A DNA stretch of 64,000 nucleotides, from positions 4,399,092-4,463,091 of the forward strand of contig BDGG01000003.1 in assembly GCA_001949185.1 (NCBI GenBank). Reading direction: 5' to 3'. Below are positions 52,320 to 64,000 of this stretch, piece by piece. The position numbers and the translations under genes are program-made. This DNA comes from Ramazzottius varieornatus (lineage: Eukaryota > Animalia > Tardigrada). The notes under the pieces are model-generated. The model was not told the origin of the DNA. It saw only the letters and a program-made list of their open reading frames with translations, and did no database searches. How positions within the stretch are numbered: the first letter of the stretch is position 1; each line of letters opens with the position of its first letter.

Positions 52320-55300
52320 TCAAAGTGGCGCACCATAAGATTGAGAGTAAAACCGTCTACCCTCTTGTAAATGGAGGACTTCTTTGACACCATTGACGCT
52401 GTCCCAATTGAAGGAACGTTGACTGAACTCGGGACCGTCCATTGAATACTGTCGATTGCGACTGAAGCGGACAATTAGCCCCTCAATCTGCACTTGCGGC
52501 AATGGTCGGGGGTAACTTTCGCGTCGCTCCCCGACCTTGCGACAACAACACAGCCGGAACACCAGTTGTCCATACAGCCGAACTGCCTGAACTCTGTAAC
52601 ACTGGTTCCAACAGCAGTAAATGCCTGGGTTGACACCTGCAAAACATGACAAAATGATAAGCTTGCTCTGAAGGAGATCGGCGAACTCAACGTACAATTC
52701 TCTCAAACACCTGCACACAGATAAGCACACATCACTGGTGGTACTTGTGTATGCAGGACCGTGCGGATTTTGTAATTGGTCTGCTAATCTCTTTTCACTT
52801 GACCTGTCGGGGAACTCTGTTGGTTCATGCACCTGAATACAGCGGACTGTGTGACTCTATAATGTGTATGTATGCAGGTATGCGAAAACACGCTGGATTT
52901 TACCCCTTGGGAAAACATGTCTGCAGTTTTTTCTCACCGGAACTGCTCATGGCGAGCCAGTGAAGTACCATGAAAAGGAAGACGTTATGGTTGGTTGCAT
53001 CGTTTTGTGGGTTGAAGTCTCGGGTTAAGTGGTACATGGAGATGGGAAGCCACGTTCCCGCGAACACGGCCAGGACGAGCACCAGCATCTTGATGGTCTT
53101 TTGCCGGTTGCGAATTATGCTCGACATATGATTGTTCTGGATGCTTCCGCTGCAAAAGAAGATCCAATTAGTTCCTATGCATTGATAACCAGTCAGGCGA
53201 ACAAAACGCTGAGCCTTGACTCTTTTCAGGAAGACAATCATTTAAGCCGATACCAAACACAAAACTCAATTGGATGACGTTTTCTAACACGGGAATTTGC
53301 CCTTTTATTTTCATCTAAGAAGCTTCGAAATTGATCGCGTGAATGCTGGATTACTTTTAATTCCCCCTTTGATCGATGCAGTTGTCCTTGTTGCCATCTG
53401 TGATGATGTGTAATTAAGCACTGACGGGAACCACCCTTGTTTCCGGGTTTGTCTCTTCCGCCCATCCCACGTTGGAAGGGGACCCAGCTTCATTAAAAAG
53501 TCCCTGGATGGACCCTACTGTTCTCATTAGACCGACTAGCCAAAAACGCGAAGGTCATGTCTTGAAAACACAAGCTACTTTGTCCTATGCCCCGCGTCAT
53601 CAGATTACTGTAATGTCTGGATAGACTAATAACGAGATAAACAACCCGCGTCAAATCGCCCGGAGAAACCACGACATTTCAGCGCCGACAACAACTCTTC
53701 TGTTCTTATTTTTTTCTTTCTGTCTGTACTTTCGTGAGGTCCTGAGGTTAGATCACAGAATGGACTTGACCAAACTGCCGATAAACAAACGATTCACCCT
53801 CTGTTGCAGGCGCGTCACGTAGTCAGCCACCTGAACCGTCACGTACCTGCATGCATTTGCGCTACTTGAACCGAGGCTCGGCAGGTATGCAAGTACGTGA
53901 TGGCTCTGCTGGACATGAACCGTTACGCACGTGCATGTTTGCAGATCACTTTACGCAGCGCTCGGCAGGTATGCAGGTACGCGAAAGGATTGCTGGATGT
54001 GTTTTCCGATCGTCACAGATATCATGCTTACCTGGCTTTCAAGAGTGCTTTGGTCGACCACAGGTTCAACGCTATGATCCCGTAGCAGAAGCCGGTAATG
54101 TTGAGCGGGACGATAAATTGAAGGATGAACGTGCCGAGGGAAAGATATTGGCGTAGGTCAGAGCCCTGCCCGGTAGGGTACATTGCCGCACATCTACAAT
54201 TTAAAGACACACCCATTCAGCGCCTTGTCAACATTACTAAATAAACATTCTTTTCAAAAGAGCCATTCGGTTAATGTTACCACACTCTCCTAAAAAACGC
54301 GCTCGTTATTGCTCGTATATTAAAGTTGCTATGTTAATGTATCGAGTGAGTGTAAAGAGGAGTGACGCGATGAAAAAGCTGTCAACAGCTAAGCTTGTTT
54401 GGTAAGGAGTAATAAAGATAAGCCCACTGACAGATTCGTAGTCTTGTGGAGGAGTTCCACCGACACGACTTGATGAAAAATGGCGTATGGTGCGGAGACG
54501 GCCGAGCAGAAGACCCACAGTGTCGTAATCATGATTGCTCCCGAACGAAAAGTTAGCCGAGGGCGCAGAGGGAGAACGATCACGCGTAAACGATCGTATG
54601 CGATGCATACCTAAAAAATAATGGGCAAATTTACGCGATGGAAGAACAGCAACACTCTGTAAACACATAATCGGATGACAAGATTTATGAAATGGGACTC
54701 AAGCCAACGAACTCGAGAAGGTCGATTGCCAAATGGCGCATGCTTCCGGGTCACAACTATGTAAACGTGCGGTACTTAAGAAATGGATTCCCAGGTGGCG
54801 CACCCTACCGACATGTAACGTTTGAAAGGGGCGTCACTTGGGAAAACGATCTTGTCGCGCTCACTGCGAGAAATAACGAAAACATTCAGGGTAAAAACGG
54901 AAGTCGAACAAGGAAACAAATTTAGCGATTATTGATTGTTACCATTGTCCAAGATGACACATAAACTGCTGTGACCTGCACGAATGGCAGGAACTGGCAC
55001 ATGATTTGTCCCAGGGGCCAGTCGTCCATTAGAAGCCTCACCAGGCTGAAAGGAATATTCACGCAGCTGATGAGAAGGTCGGAGACCGCAAGATTGAAGA
55101 TAAATAAGTTTGTGACAGTATGCATTCGTTTCAGTTTAATCTGAGAACAAAAATTAATCGCATTAGTTCGTTCTGCAGCAACAAAGTAACGGAAGACCAC
55201 ACCCAGCTCAACTGTCACACAGCTGCATACACAAGTGCGCACTGTCAGGCAGGTATGCAGGTACGCGACAGTCCGGGCGGAAAGGTCTACCGGTCTTCCA

Positions 55301-55645
55301 GGTTGCTTTCATGTGCGTGTAAGGTTTACTTACGATAACGTAGCACACCAGGATGTTTCCCAATAAGGACACCACCATGATGATGGCGTACGCTAAACAG
55401 ATTCCGGCGATCGAAATGGCATCGAACTTGAGGAAAGGTACGTCGGACAATTGTGTCCGGTAATCCTCGTTGGTCAAATCATCGCTTTGATTACTGATTA
55501 AATCGCGCAGTTTCTCAAAAGAAAGATCGGAAGGAAGATGGTCAAGAGTTGGCTGATTTAGTTGCGCCCTGATCTTATTCAGGACATCGTTTCCGTCAAA
55601 GGTAACGTTGATGGTTGCGCTCGAGCTTGACAAAGCGGACTCCAT
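52320..55645 (-). CDS. Class A neuropeptide GPCR, GPR83/RYamide-receptor-like
   Basis: GNILVC, TVTNLFIFNLAVSDL, WPLGQIMC, KTIKMLVLV..WLP, LHWLAMSS|NPGIYC; about 6 exons. Confidence 0.88.
53845..53978. repeat. Two tandem family B mini-palindromes, GPCR intron
   Basis: 53845-53894 and 53929-53978, both with 30-nt spacers. Confidence 0.75.
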
Positions 55646-57685
55646 GGAGTACCAATTACGACGGAAATCAAAAGTCCCCCTACACAGTCAGATTCAAAGT
55701 GCACCAGCAGGCCGTCTGACTACCACAACGAAACTACTTCATCAATTATACGCTCCCTGTCTCGATGCTTCTTGACGAACCAACAGCGTAAAGTGCATCC
55801 ATGAAAGCCCCAAATAATTGGACTTCTTCAAATCTTTCCTACGTGTGATGGATCGATCTTTTGAAAAAAAGGCCTTCAAATACGGATACGCGTATCCCAG
55901 TATCAGCACATTTCATATCGTCAAACAGAAATGACAACTGTCATAACCAGATCATAATTTCATGAAGGTTACAGACAGCGCGCAAGTTCACCCGGGTTAG
56001 AATTCCTTGAAGTTCCTCATAAATTATCCTTGAAAACTCGGCAAGTAATTGGGTGTATCGGATTCGATAAAGGTCATGTGTGAAACTGTATCAAAAAGAG
56101 GAAAAATGCGAACAATCGGATTAGGGTTTGGGTTCCCGCACGCCGAAAGGAAAGAAACTCTATACATCCACGCGCAGCGTAAATAGGATTAATCAGGAAC
56201 AAAGAACGCCCATAGCGAGGAGCGGAAAACTATGATTAACGAGCCATTCAAGCGATACTCATTCCAGTCATGGGAGATTTTGGAGGGAGGACGGAATTCA
56301 GCTCAAAAACAAGCTGAGACTGGGAGAAACATTCCTTTCTAACCCAAGAGATCTGTGGGTAACGAGGAAGATCGAACGCAGATACGAATAAATTTACGGA
56401 GCTCTTCTGGCGGGATGCACGCTGCACTGGAGTGCCCTTCAGGAGAAAAGCGTGGCTATGGATCCCCGAACGCCGAACCAGGAGAACCTTGTACGGTTGT
56501 ATATACACAGTTGATAATATAGAGCTAATGAGCGTCTGATGTATTTGCAGGTCACGCCCACAAAAGATCATCGAGGTCCCGAAACCACCAACCGGATCTT
56601 GAACGGAAAGAAGTTCAAGAGTAGCGGAAGTATGAAGGAGCTTACAAAGCTCGTGCTCGATCAATAAGTTATCCTGTTACGATCCTACACCATTGTTCGT
56701 ACAAGGCGATTTTGACACTTCAGACATTATCGAAGGAACTGAGAGGCTCGCAAACGAAACGTCCAAGATCATCATCTGAAGTCACGCACGTCCTCAGCCA
56801 ATGACAATGTAAACGTGCGCCACTTGAGATGACGATCATATGCGTTTTGTTTGCTGAGCCTCCACTTTTTCTGGGGTTTCTCTCCAGAATTCGCAATAAA
56901 TTAGAAGCGGGCAATATCTTGACACAGGGCTTCTTCAGAGTAAATACTCGCCAAGCACGTTCGGAGAAGGAAGTGGATAGACAAGAGACTTAGGCTGATT
57001 GCTTCGCAAACGCTGCGTGCTCGCTGGAGCGAAGTGATTCAGTCATCGAGAGATGGCCTGACCCGATAACTCGAACTTCCCTTCGCACGGAAGATGATAG
57101 AAGACTCCGTCGTACCGGAAGTCGGGAGCAGACCATCATTTTGACAGTCAGAATGGGATTACATTTCACGATTACATTTGTAACTGTTTCATCCGTGATT
57201 TTCGACCCCAAATATCACTGCCATATTCCGCCCATCTGCCAGTGTCCCACAGGCCTAAACCATACAAGTCCTAGTGAATGAACGTAGCGATCTGATCCGC
57301 GGTAAGCAACATCGTTTGCGCGCGCGGGTAATCAATTGTCGCAAGCGTGACAAGCGACAGCTTTGCTGGCTTCCAAATTCCCAGTGTATCTCTTTGACAA
57401 CTGCTCATGTCCCTCACAAGTATTGCGGCCAATTTGATGATAACGTACTCAACCGAATAAGCAAACATGAGTAACAAGATACCATCCTTTCAAAGATCGG
57501 TCCTCGAGAAAACATCATTTCACTGTAAACAGCTGCATTCGCTCAAGGAAACTCACGCGCGTTCTTCGCACATCGCGGACAAAACGCTCCCACTTTACTT
57601 TTTCTCTGACTCGTACACGATGTTCAAGCTTCCAGGGAGCACAGTCCGAAAAATCATCATTGATATCAGATACTGTATTGGAACA

Positions 57686-57797
57686 CGGTCAATAAACTTG
57701 ACCAGATTGTTTTTCCAAGTGGCGCACGTTTCATGTAGTTGTTGCAGCAAGCGTGCGCCGCTTAAGAAAACGTTTTGGTCAAATTTGTTTGACGAGG
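57686..57797. repeat. Family A palindrome
   Basis: Core pair with 25-nt spacer and complementary outer arms. Confidence 0.85.
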
Positions 57798-58407
57798 TGG
57801 ATACGTTTATGAAGTTTCATCTCGTGGAAATAGTCAGAAATTTCACGGAAATACATCTTTAGGCTGGTTATCTCGTTTCATTGGTCCGCTCTGCACAATA
57901 TCCCTGAATAAACTTGGAACGCTGGGGAATTTGTTCTGAATGGAATGTTCAAGCAGATGCATTCTCGACACCAGAATGAGCAACTGAGAGAAACTCCTTC
58001 CGGCCAAACGAATTGATGCATCCCAGGGGAAAACTAAGCATCACGCTGTAAGAAAATAAAACTAACAGATGAAAAGAGACACGCCACGTAATTTACCATG
58101 ACAGTTTGTCCAACGAAAGGCACGTCGCAGACCTGTTCGAAGGAAGTTGAAGGATGTTGAAGGAAGTCAACCATCCAATACGTTTACTCGGAAAAAAGCA
58201 ACCTTGTGACCATGTGAAACTCAAAGCTGATCCCCCATAGTGTCTGCACTAATTGCGGAAGGAAGGACCCAGGAAAGAAACAAAGTTAACTAAATGGAAG
58301 ACGGGTTGTCATATTATTCTCACACCGGCAAGTGAATCCATCAATCAACAAGAAGCTCAATCAAGCGAGCAAAAAACAACAGGCTGCTGGCTCGACTGAA
58401 CTAAGAC

Positions 58408-61400
58408 CTAAATATCGTCATTGCTGATCTCCATGTACACGTCGTACTCCTCCCTATTACAGTGTCCCGAGTCGGAAAAGGAGTGTTTGTAGTACTTTCC
58501 GTCAACGCACACAGCTGAGGAGAAGTGATCGTTAGTGGGTGGAGTTGTTTTGTTCTTCGGTTACGTTGTCTAATCGTCACTTTATGAACTTACCGATGAC
58601 CGACTGAGCATTCTGCTGGGAAGTAAATGCACTGATGCAGGGGACTTCCGCAGGAACTGTGAAGCTGGCGAGGCCCCATTGTGAGTCCGCGTACTGGCTG
58701 AACATTCCGAGCTTCGGTATCCTACACAGGAGAAGACTATGATGGGCAATCCCACAACTTCTGATTCTTGCATGACTGAGCTTATTTCGAAGACATCAAT
58801 ATTCTCTTGAAACAGCCCGTACCAGCCAAGCTGTCCCTCCCGATTTTTCGTAAATCTTTCTAAATTTTAGATCTACTGTATTCCCTCGATGAGTCTGCGC
58901 AATCACGTGGCGCGCCCGTAGAAATACGTCACGTGATTGCGCAGACTCATCGAGGGAATAGTGTACTTTNNNNNNNNNNNNNNNNNNNNNNNNNNNNNNN
59001 NNNNNNNNNNNNNNNNNNNNNNNNNNNNNNNNNNNNNNNNNNNNNNNNNNNNNNNNNNNNNNNNNNNNNNNNNNNNNNNNNNNNNNNNNNNNNNNNNNNN
59101 NNNNNNNNNNNNNNNNNNNNNNNNNNNNNNNNNNNNNNNNNNNNNNNNNNNNNNNNNNNNNNNNNNNNNNNNNNNNNNNNNNNNNNNNNNNNNNNNNNNN
59201 NNNNNNNNNNNNNNNNNNNNNNNNNNNNNNNNNNNNNNNNNNNNNNNNNNNNNNNNNNNNNNNNNNNNNNNNNNNNNNNNNNNNNNNNNNNNNNNNNNNN
59301 NNNNNNNNNNNNNNNNNNNNNNNNNNNNNNNNNNNNNNNNNNNNNNNNNNNNNNNNNNNNNNNNNNNNNNNNNNNNNNNNNNNNNNNNNNNNNNNNNNNN
59401 NNNNNNNNNNNNNNAATAGTGTACTTTTTGCCTTGCCCCACCCCAACCCGTTCTTAACATTTCAACTTGTGCTCTGTATTCGCGTGTATTCGCGTGGTAG
59501 ACTGCTTTGGAAACTCATCTTGAAACTAGGTCGTTTTGACACGTCCACTCACTCTGCTTGTGGCCGTTCTGCGCAATAAAATTCCGACTTCTCCAGAACG
59601 AAATTTTTTACACGCAGTTTCAAAGACATTTACTGTGTTTTGTAGTGTTTCAGAAGAAAATTTTTGGTTGGAAAGTCAAAACGACGCGAGATGCGAAATG
59701 AAAATAAAAAACACTGAAATGTCACCCCGATCGACTGGTGCGCCTCTTTTGCGTCGAGCAAAAAAACAGATGTGGAACTTCTCCACCTGTCAACTGCCCC
59801 ACGATTTTCTTCCAGGCTTTATTGTTCTCAAACGGTTCCAGAGGGCTGTAGTAATGATAAAAACATTTAAAACAAGCGCAAAAATCATCTGGTTGGCAGA
59901 AGCGAATTTACGATTGAGCAGGGACAACTCGACTGGAACGCGCTGTAATTACTGTAAGAGACTGACCGATGAGCTCGACAAGATAATTTCCCAAGCGGCG
60001 CACGTTTTCAGTACTATTGGCTGGAAGAACGCGTCACTTGGAGAACTTTATCTGTGATTAACAGCAAGCGTGCGCCACTCGGAGAAACAAATTTAAAGCG
60101 TTCTTATGCCAAGCTTTCAATTATCAAATTTTTTTTACCAATTTTTGCTCCATTAAATGTTGAGAGACGACTAGTGAAGAAGTCTATCTTACTTGCTCCG
60201 CTTGTTGAGGACCGTATCTTTTACAGCAAAAATGTGGACGGTTCCCTTGTCGCTGGAGACGCAGAGGTACTCAGAGTCCAGACTAAAGTTGATGGAGTAG
60301 AGTCTGGCCGTGTCCATGCCTCTCCGTAGTTCCACCAGCAGGGTGCGCTTGAGCGTGTCGAACACTCGAATGAGCGTTCCCTAGAGGACAGATTGCATAA
60401 GCCCCTTTACTATCTGGCCGATCTGCATGCTTGAGCATGGCGCCATCTGCTCGTGGAGCTAGCGGTTCGCTGCAGACCAACCTTGGTCGAAGCTGTCGCA
60501 CAGATGTTGCCATTCTGGCTGACAGCAATACAGGCAAGATCGGTTTGATGAGCTTTGATGGGAGCTTGAGTGGCGTCGGGTGAGGAAAAGTTCTAGAAGA
60601 GCATCAGAGAAAGACGAGCCGAAGATTCGTGAATTCGAGTAATGCATACCTTTATCTGCAGTGTCCCACATTTCACACCCGGAAACGCCATGATCTGCCT
60701 ATCGCTGGTCGTGTTGAGTTCACACAAACCTGTAACACCACACCTTGATCAGATTACTCATTGCATAACCTGAAGTTCAACACGTGCTGGTGAAATTGAA
60801 ACTGTAACTTGCCTCGAGGGTTATCACGGGTTTCGCATGTGTAAATCTTTGAGGCACCGTTCGGGAAGCGAAAGACATGAATTTGGTTCCGTAAGATACA
60901 CACAATTCTGAAACGACAAGAAAGTGAAAGCATAGTAAGCAAGAACAGTCAATAAAGGTTTCCGCACTTGTCTCGACGAAGTCGAGCAGAGATCACAGGC
61001 AAGCCGAACGTCAGCTCCATGACAAACTTCTTGGCGGCATCGTCCCATATCAACACTGCAAGAACAACATTCGGTCGGGGACAGGGTAAAGTCAACATTT
61101 ACTCCTCCAAGACCATTAAGACTACAATTCAGTCTTTTTGACGTGATTGGTATGATCGTGCACTTCATCGATCGCAATCTGGGGACTCGGCAAACGAAAT
61201 CGACAACATTGTTTCCCCAAGTGGCGCACTTCTCCGAAGCTACTGGCTCAAAGCGTGCGCCACATAAAAAACGATCGGATCGAGTTTCCACATGGCGTAC
61301 AGTGTCTGTGTCATTAGCTGGAAGCGTGCGCCACTTGGAAATACGATCGTGTTAGTTTGTTTGCCGAGATACTGACTTCCAGTCAGGACAAAGATTCAGG

Positions 61401-61819
61401 CACCTGTGTTCTCAGCAAACTTGGGCTTTGATCCGCCACCAATTATCGCTACGAGGTTGCTCCGGTACAGCATTTCGCACTCCGCGATTCCTCCGACCAG
61501 ATCATCGTCTGTGGAGATAGGGAATTGTTACTGGACGAAATCAGAATGCAATCAAGGAGGAGAACGTCAGCTTACCTAGTCGAAGCTTCTCCACCAGAGG
61601 GTTCACGTTGTAAATTCGCAGTCCAGATTCCAACGCCACAGAAAAACACGCTACAAAGTACAGTTACGTAACTATTCCGAGTGCTCTCAATAATTTCTCA
61701 TCCAACAAAGATAAACACAATTGCAACATGCAGAACTGCGGACAAGCCCATCGATTGATTGGCCACTTACCATAGTCTTGATTGAATCGCAAGCCAAGAA
61801 TTCCATAAGGATTGTCCAT
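58408..61819 (-). CDS. WDR45: WD repeat phosphoinositide-interacting protein 4 (Atg18/PROPPIN family)
   Basis: [32 protein letters not shown]|VLIWDD, NPRGLCE, ATASTK|[36 protein letters not shown]; the short exons are missed by the ORF track. Confidence 0.93.
58879..58960. repeat. Perfect 31-bp inverted repeat with 20-nt loop, WDR45 intron
   Basis: TATTCCCTCGATGAGTCTGCGCAATCACGTG / CACGTGATTGCGCAGACTCATCGAGGGAATA. Confidence 0.95.
58970..59414. other. Assembly gap (N run)
   Basis: 445 N. Confidence 1.
61185..61368. repeat. Family A palindrome, dimer, WDR45 intron
   Basis: ACTCGGCAAACG..two core pairs..GTTTGTTTGCCGAG. Confidence 0.85.
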
Positions 61820-62367
61820 TGCTTCTGGCCTATTGTCCAGGAGCGAGACCCGATCTAGACGATCCTCCAAGAGCCACCTTCGGCTGTCGCCATTCGTAAG
61901 AAGTGAAATAGTACAGTGATACGTTCGAGAAGGACAGAAGTTGTTTTGAGAAGCAAAACAAACGAAATGACGGAAAACCCTGAGATGGCAACATATGCCA
62001 TGTCATTATTATCATCTCACAACGACCTCGGTAACTAATGTCATGTCATTTTATGTCATGTCTTGTAGTGTGGTGGCGTAACTGGCGTTTCCAACTTTCC
62101 GCCATTTACTGGATAACAACAGTGGTCCTGAAGGTGAAAATTACGAACGACGACATAGCAGTATTCCATAGAGTATAATTGGATCAAAAATACAGTCACT
62201 CGAGAGAAACCGTATGTCGTCACAGTAATTTTCGATAGTTACATATGGTCACGTATTTGATTCAATGAAACGCTGACAAGAGAATCGTAGGCGAACGACC
62301 AGGAAGAGCTACCCAACGCATTCAGCACGTCGAATCAGAAAAGCGACAAAAAATATCGGGAGCATCC

Positions 62368-64000
62368 TCAGTGAAAGCTGTCATTGCGGGAGAGCCAGAA
62401 AGCCGAAGTAGCAGATGTTTCTTGGCTTTCTTCCTAAAAAAAGAAAAGGATCGAATGGCTGATGCGTACTCCAGCTCAGTAAATCTCACCTCGGCCTTCA
62501 TGGCTGCCTCAATTCGATATTTTTGGATGAAACCCAGCTGGTTCTTGAAAATGTCCGAGATGCGGACTCTTGTGGGCAGGGAGGACGAATGGAGTTCGAA
62601 CGCGGTCCTCACCGTCTCTCCCAGAACGTAGAAACGCGGAACTTTCGATACGTTCACCAAACCTCCAGTCACACTGCCAATATGTAGTCCCGCCTGCCAT
62701 CTCACTTTCTTCTCCTCCAAGAAGTCGGGCAAAATGTTCTGATAGCCTTCCATGAAACTTAGAGCAAAGTCTGCTGCGTCCTCCCCATTGGTCGCACTGC
62801 TGGAGGAACCGCCTGCAGAAAGACCCGCCACGTATATGCTAGCATGGCCAGCGGAATCCGCTTTAGAAATATTGTATTTTGTTAAGAGTCCGTCGTGGTC
62901 TGAAAGCCACAGAGACATTCTGCAAATTGAGAGCACCATGTGGGACGTCGGCAAAAGACTTGAACAGGATCATTTTCCCAAGTGGTGCACGTCAACCGTG
63001 CATGCGGCTGACGGAAAGCGTGCGCCGCTACAGAAAACGAAGCTAGCATAATCGTTTTCGCAAAGTGGCGCACGGCTCCGGTCAGTAACAGTGTAAACTT
63101 GCGCTACTTGGAAAAAACGATCCTGGTCAACTCAGTTGCTCGCGTCCCATTTGTAAGTTAAAGCCAGGTTACACGTACAACTTTGGAATTTCTCCAGAAA
63201 GACGAAGGCTTCTGTAACCCCCAGCTGAGTAATCGTGCACGACAGTTCGGTCGAAGTCAGAACGCAGACGGCGACAGACTCGAACGTCGAAGGATGAGAA
63301 CCAGCATGGGCCACAACCGCGGGCACTTGAGCTGTCCTGAGGTCCTCCAGCTTTCTCATTGCTGTCTCAAGTTCCGTCTGCTTCTCAGTCAGCTGATTTT
63401 CGAGATAACTATTATGGTTTTCCATTGACTGCAGCATGTTGTCCATCAGAGCCTTTCTTTTCGGGAAGATTCCATTCGAGACTTTTTTAACGGCCATGAT
63501 CGTAAGCCGTTCTGATGAGTCTTCGGCCCACATTGACCGGATCAATGCGAAAATATTCGGCCATTCATGGAGAACATTCTGTGAGATTTTGGGTCGTATC
63601 TTCTTGTACTTGACAGCGGTCAATATGCTCAAAGCACTGTTGTGCGAATCCACCAGGTCCTCGTAAGGACTGCAGTTGGTAAATATCTCGTACAAGATCA
63701 GTCCCAAGCTGTAAATGTCTGCCCGCATGTCGGCTGATTGAACAATGTACAGCCCGGCTGCATCCCGTCTTAGCAGTTCCGGAGCAACGTAAAGCAGGCG
63801 GCTGTGATACGTCTCGATCTTTCCCTCGTTGGGCGCTTCATCCTGCGAAGTTTTCGCAGCTGTATAGAAGTACTCGAAGGCGATGAAAACGCATCTCTGT
63901 GCCACCGTCAGTGCGTGCTGCTCCCAGTCGCCAATCACGCCGTTCCACTGGTGGTCTACGAAACATGAGTGGGTAGACAGTTGACCGTGAGTGATGCCCT
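62368..64000 (-). CDS. Receptor-type guanylyl cyclase-like protein, 3' part (kinase-homology + degenerate cyclase domain)
   Basis: LLYVAPELLR..ADIYSLGLILYEI..MWAED (KHD); LMDNMLQSME hinge; GLHIGSVTGGLVNVSKVPRFYVLGETV (cyclase); runs off the window edge. Confidence 0.85.
62947..63142. repeat. Family A palindrome, dimer, guanylyl cyclase intron
   Basis: Two core pairs filling most of the intron. Confidence 0.8.

Noticed and set aside
52322-52333. AAGTGGCGCAC core motif at the GPCR 3' end
   Set aside because: A single arm within coding sequence (YGAPL) with no partner arm; likely coincidental
56248-57700. Possible unrecognised minus-strand gene between the GPCR and WDR45
   Set aside because: Frames are interrupted by stops and no family was recognised; the only hint is two family A elements
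58796-59460. Long ORFs in the ORF track
   Set aside because: Artefacts of translating through the N gap
6786-63142. Family A/B repeats with fixed-length variable spacers as a CRISPR-like array
   Set aside because: The repeats are inverted and dispersed rather than direct tandem, family A spacers share a weak consensus, there are no cas genes, and the context is eukaryotic

Overview
Eukaryotic (animal, compact-genome invertebrate) DNA with short GT-AG introns; the lineage cannot be fixed from sequence alone. About 14 intron-containing genes can be reconstructed by hand. In order they are: a TIR-TIR-SLOG protein, Shc, a KLHL10-like gene, an nAChR alpha subunit, FITM, SMIM13, a Prrx homeobox gene, an orphan secreted Met/Gln-rich protein, RELCH, a divergent GCLC, peptidase E, PPP1R36-like, a GPR83/RYamide-type GPCR and WDR45/WIPI4. 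The window ends in the 3' part of a degenerate receptor guanylyl cyclase, and there are also NR2E and PP4c pseudogene fragments. Top candidate system: the spliced gene at 8964-12437, which fuses a TIR with an intact catalytic Glu, a second TIR lacking it, and a C-terminal SLOG nucleotide-binding domain. These are the signal-making and signal-sensing modules of bacterial Thoeris-type immunity in one animal protein (inferred from motifs; no search was run). Second theme: two dispersed, mostly intronic palindrome families with fixed spacer length but variable spacer sequence (AAGTGGCGCAC-N24/25-GTGCGCCACTT, about 34 loci; ACCTGCATAC-N30-GTATGCAGGT, about 9 copies). There is also a three-level nest of hAT-type MITEs with 8-bp TSDs. 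Exon boundaries were read by eye and some are approximate.
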